NCBI GenBank assembly: GCA_950097015.1
Contig: CATNEN010000038.1
Coordinates: forward strand, 15,624,001 to 15,688,000
Reading direction: 5' to 3'
Length of the DNA: 64,000 bases
Source of the DNA: Macrostomum hystrix
Lineage: Eukaryota; Animalia; Platyhelminthes
In this document: piece after piece, positions 61,957-64,000 of the stretch
Numbering within the stretch: position 1 is the first letter of the stretch
Layout: every line of letters begins with the position of its first letter
Notes under the pieces: model-generated
What the model was told of the DNA's origin: nothing
The model's database searches: none
Seen by the model: only the letters and a program-made list of their open reading frames with translations
Translations under genes and position numbers: made by a program

Positions 61957-62589
61957 TTGATTAAAGCCGTACATGTAACGCTGCATACAACTGCAGGAAT
62001 TGGTAATCGACTCCTTATTATAGTAACTTATTTGTAAAATGGTTTATAACTTCGAGTCTAAGATGAATTCCTGCTATAAATGTACTTTTTCCTCCTTTGC
62101 CAGGGAAGTATAACGATTATGCTTGACCTTTCAAATATGAAAAAATAACATCTTACTAAATAACATCTTACTAAATAACATCTTCGTGCCGAAAGATTGT
62201 TCGTAGAATCCAACGGACCGCGGCAGGCATGGTTAAAAGTTATCGTAAAATAAGTTTATTACAATTGTACGATCAGCGGGTCCACGGAATTGATATATTA
62301 GTTCCAGCTGCTTCCTTGCTGACGTCAATGATAGAAATTCTTAGCTTTGGAAACCATGTGATTTGCCGTAACTTAAGTTAGATAAAATTCTGTAATAGAC
62401 AAACCTAGCTTGATACATAATCATAGATGGAAACCGGAAGACAAACAATTCAAAAATTCATTTAGTACAGGTTTTCACAATCACAGTCGCGTCACACTCT
62501 ATTGGGACTTGTGATATGACTGAAAATTGCGTGCGTCAGAGAAATTTTGCTGCCAAATTGTATAGACATCCGAAATAATGGGGAGAAAA

Positions 62590-64000
62590 GACACAGTAGA
62601 GATGAGACTGGTGAGACATGGGACAGTAGATAGATGAGACAGTGGATAGATGAGACAGTGGATAGATGAGACAGTGGATAGATGAGACAGTAGATAGATG
62701 AGACAGTAGATAGATGAGACAGTAGATAGATGAGACAGTAGATAGATGAGCCAGTAGATAGATGACACAGTGGATAGATGAGACAGTGGATAGATGAGAC
62801 AGTAGATAGATGAGCCAGTAGATAGATGAGACAGTGGATAGATGAGACAGTAGATAGATGAGACAGTGGATAGATGAGACAGTGGAGAGATGAGACAGTG
62901 GATAGATGAGACAGTAGATGGATCAGAAAGTGGATAGATGAGACAGTAGATAGATGAGACACTAGATAGATGAGACAGTGGATAGATGAGACAGTGAATA
63001 GATGAGACAGTAGATAGATGAGACAATGGATAGATGAGACAGTGGAGAGACGAGACAGCGGAGAGATGAGACAGTGGAGAGATGAGACAGTGGAGAGATG
63101 AGACAGTGGAGAGATGAGACAGTGGAGAGATGAGACAGTGGAGAGATGAGACAGTGGAGAGATGAGACAGTGGAGAGATGAGACAGTGGAGAGATGAGAC
63201 AGTGGAGAGATGAGACAGTGGAGAGATGACACAGTGGAGAGATGAGACAGTGGAGAGATGAGATAGTGGAGAGATGAGACAGTGGAGAGATGAGACAGTA
63301 GATAGATGAGACAGGTGGTGGATGAGACAGTGGAGAGATGAGACAGTGTATAGATGAGACAGTGGATAGATGAGACAGTGGAGAGATGAGACAGTGGAGA
63401 GATGAGACAGTGGAGAGATGAGACAGTGGAGAGATGAGACAGTGGAGAGATGAGACAGTGGAGAGATGAGACAGTGGAGAGATGAGACAGTGGAGAGATG
63501 AGACAGTGGAGAGATGAGACAGTGGAGAGATGAGACAGTGGAGAGATGAGACAGTGGAGAGATGAGACAGTGGAGAGATGAGACAGTGGAGAGATGACAC
63601 AGTGGAGAGATGAGACAGTGGAGAGATGAGATAGTGGAGAGATGAGACAGTGGAGAGATGAGACAGTAGATAGATGAGACAGTGGATAGATGAGACAGTG
63701 GATAGATGAGACAGTGGATAGATGAGACAGTAGATAGATGAGACAGTAGATAGATGAGACAGTAGATAGATGAGACAGTAGATAGATGAGCCAGTAGATA
63801 GATGACACAGTGGATAGATGAGACAGTGGATAGATGAGACAGTAGATAGATGAGCCAGTAGATAGATGAGACAGTGGATAGATGAGACAGTAGATAGATG
63901 AGACAGTGGATAGATGAGACAGTGGAGAGATGAGACAGTGGATAGATGAGACAGTAGATGGATCAGAAAGTGGATAGATGAGAGAGTAGATAGATGAGAC
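62590..64000. repeat. 16-bp repeat GAGATGAGACAGTGGA, running off the right edge
   Basis: Directly visible. Confidence 0.96.

Noticed and set aside
62499-62521. Possible tiny terminal exon (SYHKSQ*) of a minus-strand gene beyond the window
   Set aside because: Only an acceptor-like TTTTCAG supports it; no homology or partner exon is visible.

Overview
Eukaryotic (animal) genomic DNA with GC-rich exons in AT-rich, repeat-laden introns. The style resembles a flatworm such as Macrostomum, but that is inference only. Four spliced protein-coding genes were reconstructed by hand with GT-AG junctions and consistent phases. (1) An AKAP1-like KH+Tudor mitochondrial anchor protein, minus strand, running off the left edge. 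(2) A complete 15-exon DLEC1 orthologue, plus strand, about 1750 aa. (3) A 10-exon secreted ADAMTS-like/punctin/MADD-4-type protein, minus strand, about 741 aa, with TSP1, Ig and PLAC domains but no Cys-rich/spacer module. (4) A 4-exon TNF-superfamily ligand, plus strand, about 237 aa. About 20 kb (roughly 30%) of the window is about 30 different mini/microsatellite arrays, and these explain nearly all of the long ORFs in the six-frame track. Mobile DNA includes two tRNA-derived SINE families (one CORE-like), a deleted and internally inverted LTR retrotransposon, a Tc1/IS630-type transposase fragment, and hAT- and EnSpm-type MITEs. The most notable observations are: most introns carry their own private minisatellite, often starting or ending within a few bases of a splice site; the unit lengths favour multiples of 7; and a 41-bp hairpin with 17-bp arms and an 8-bp TSD matches a P-element excision footprint.
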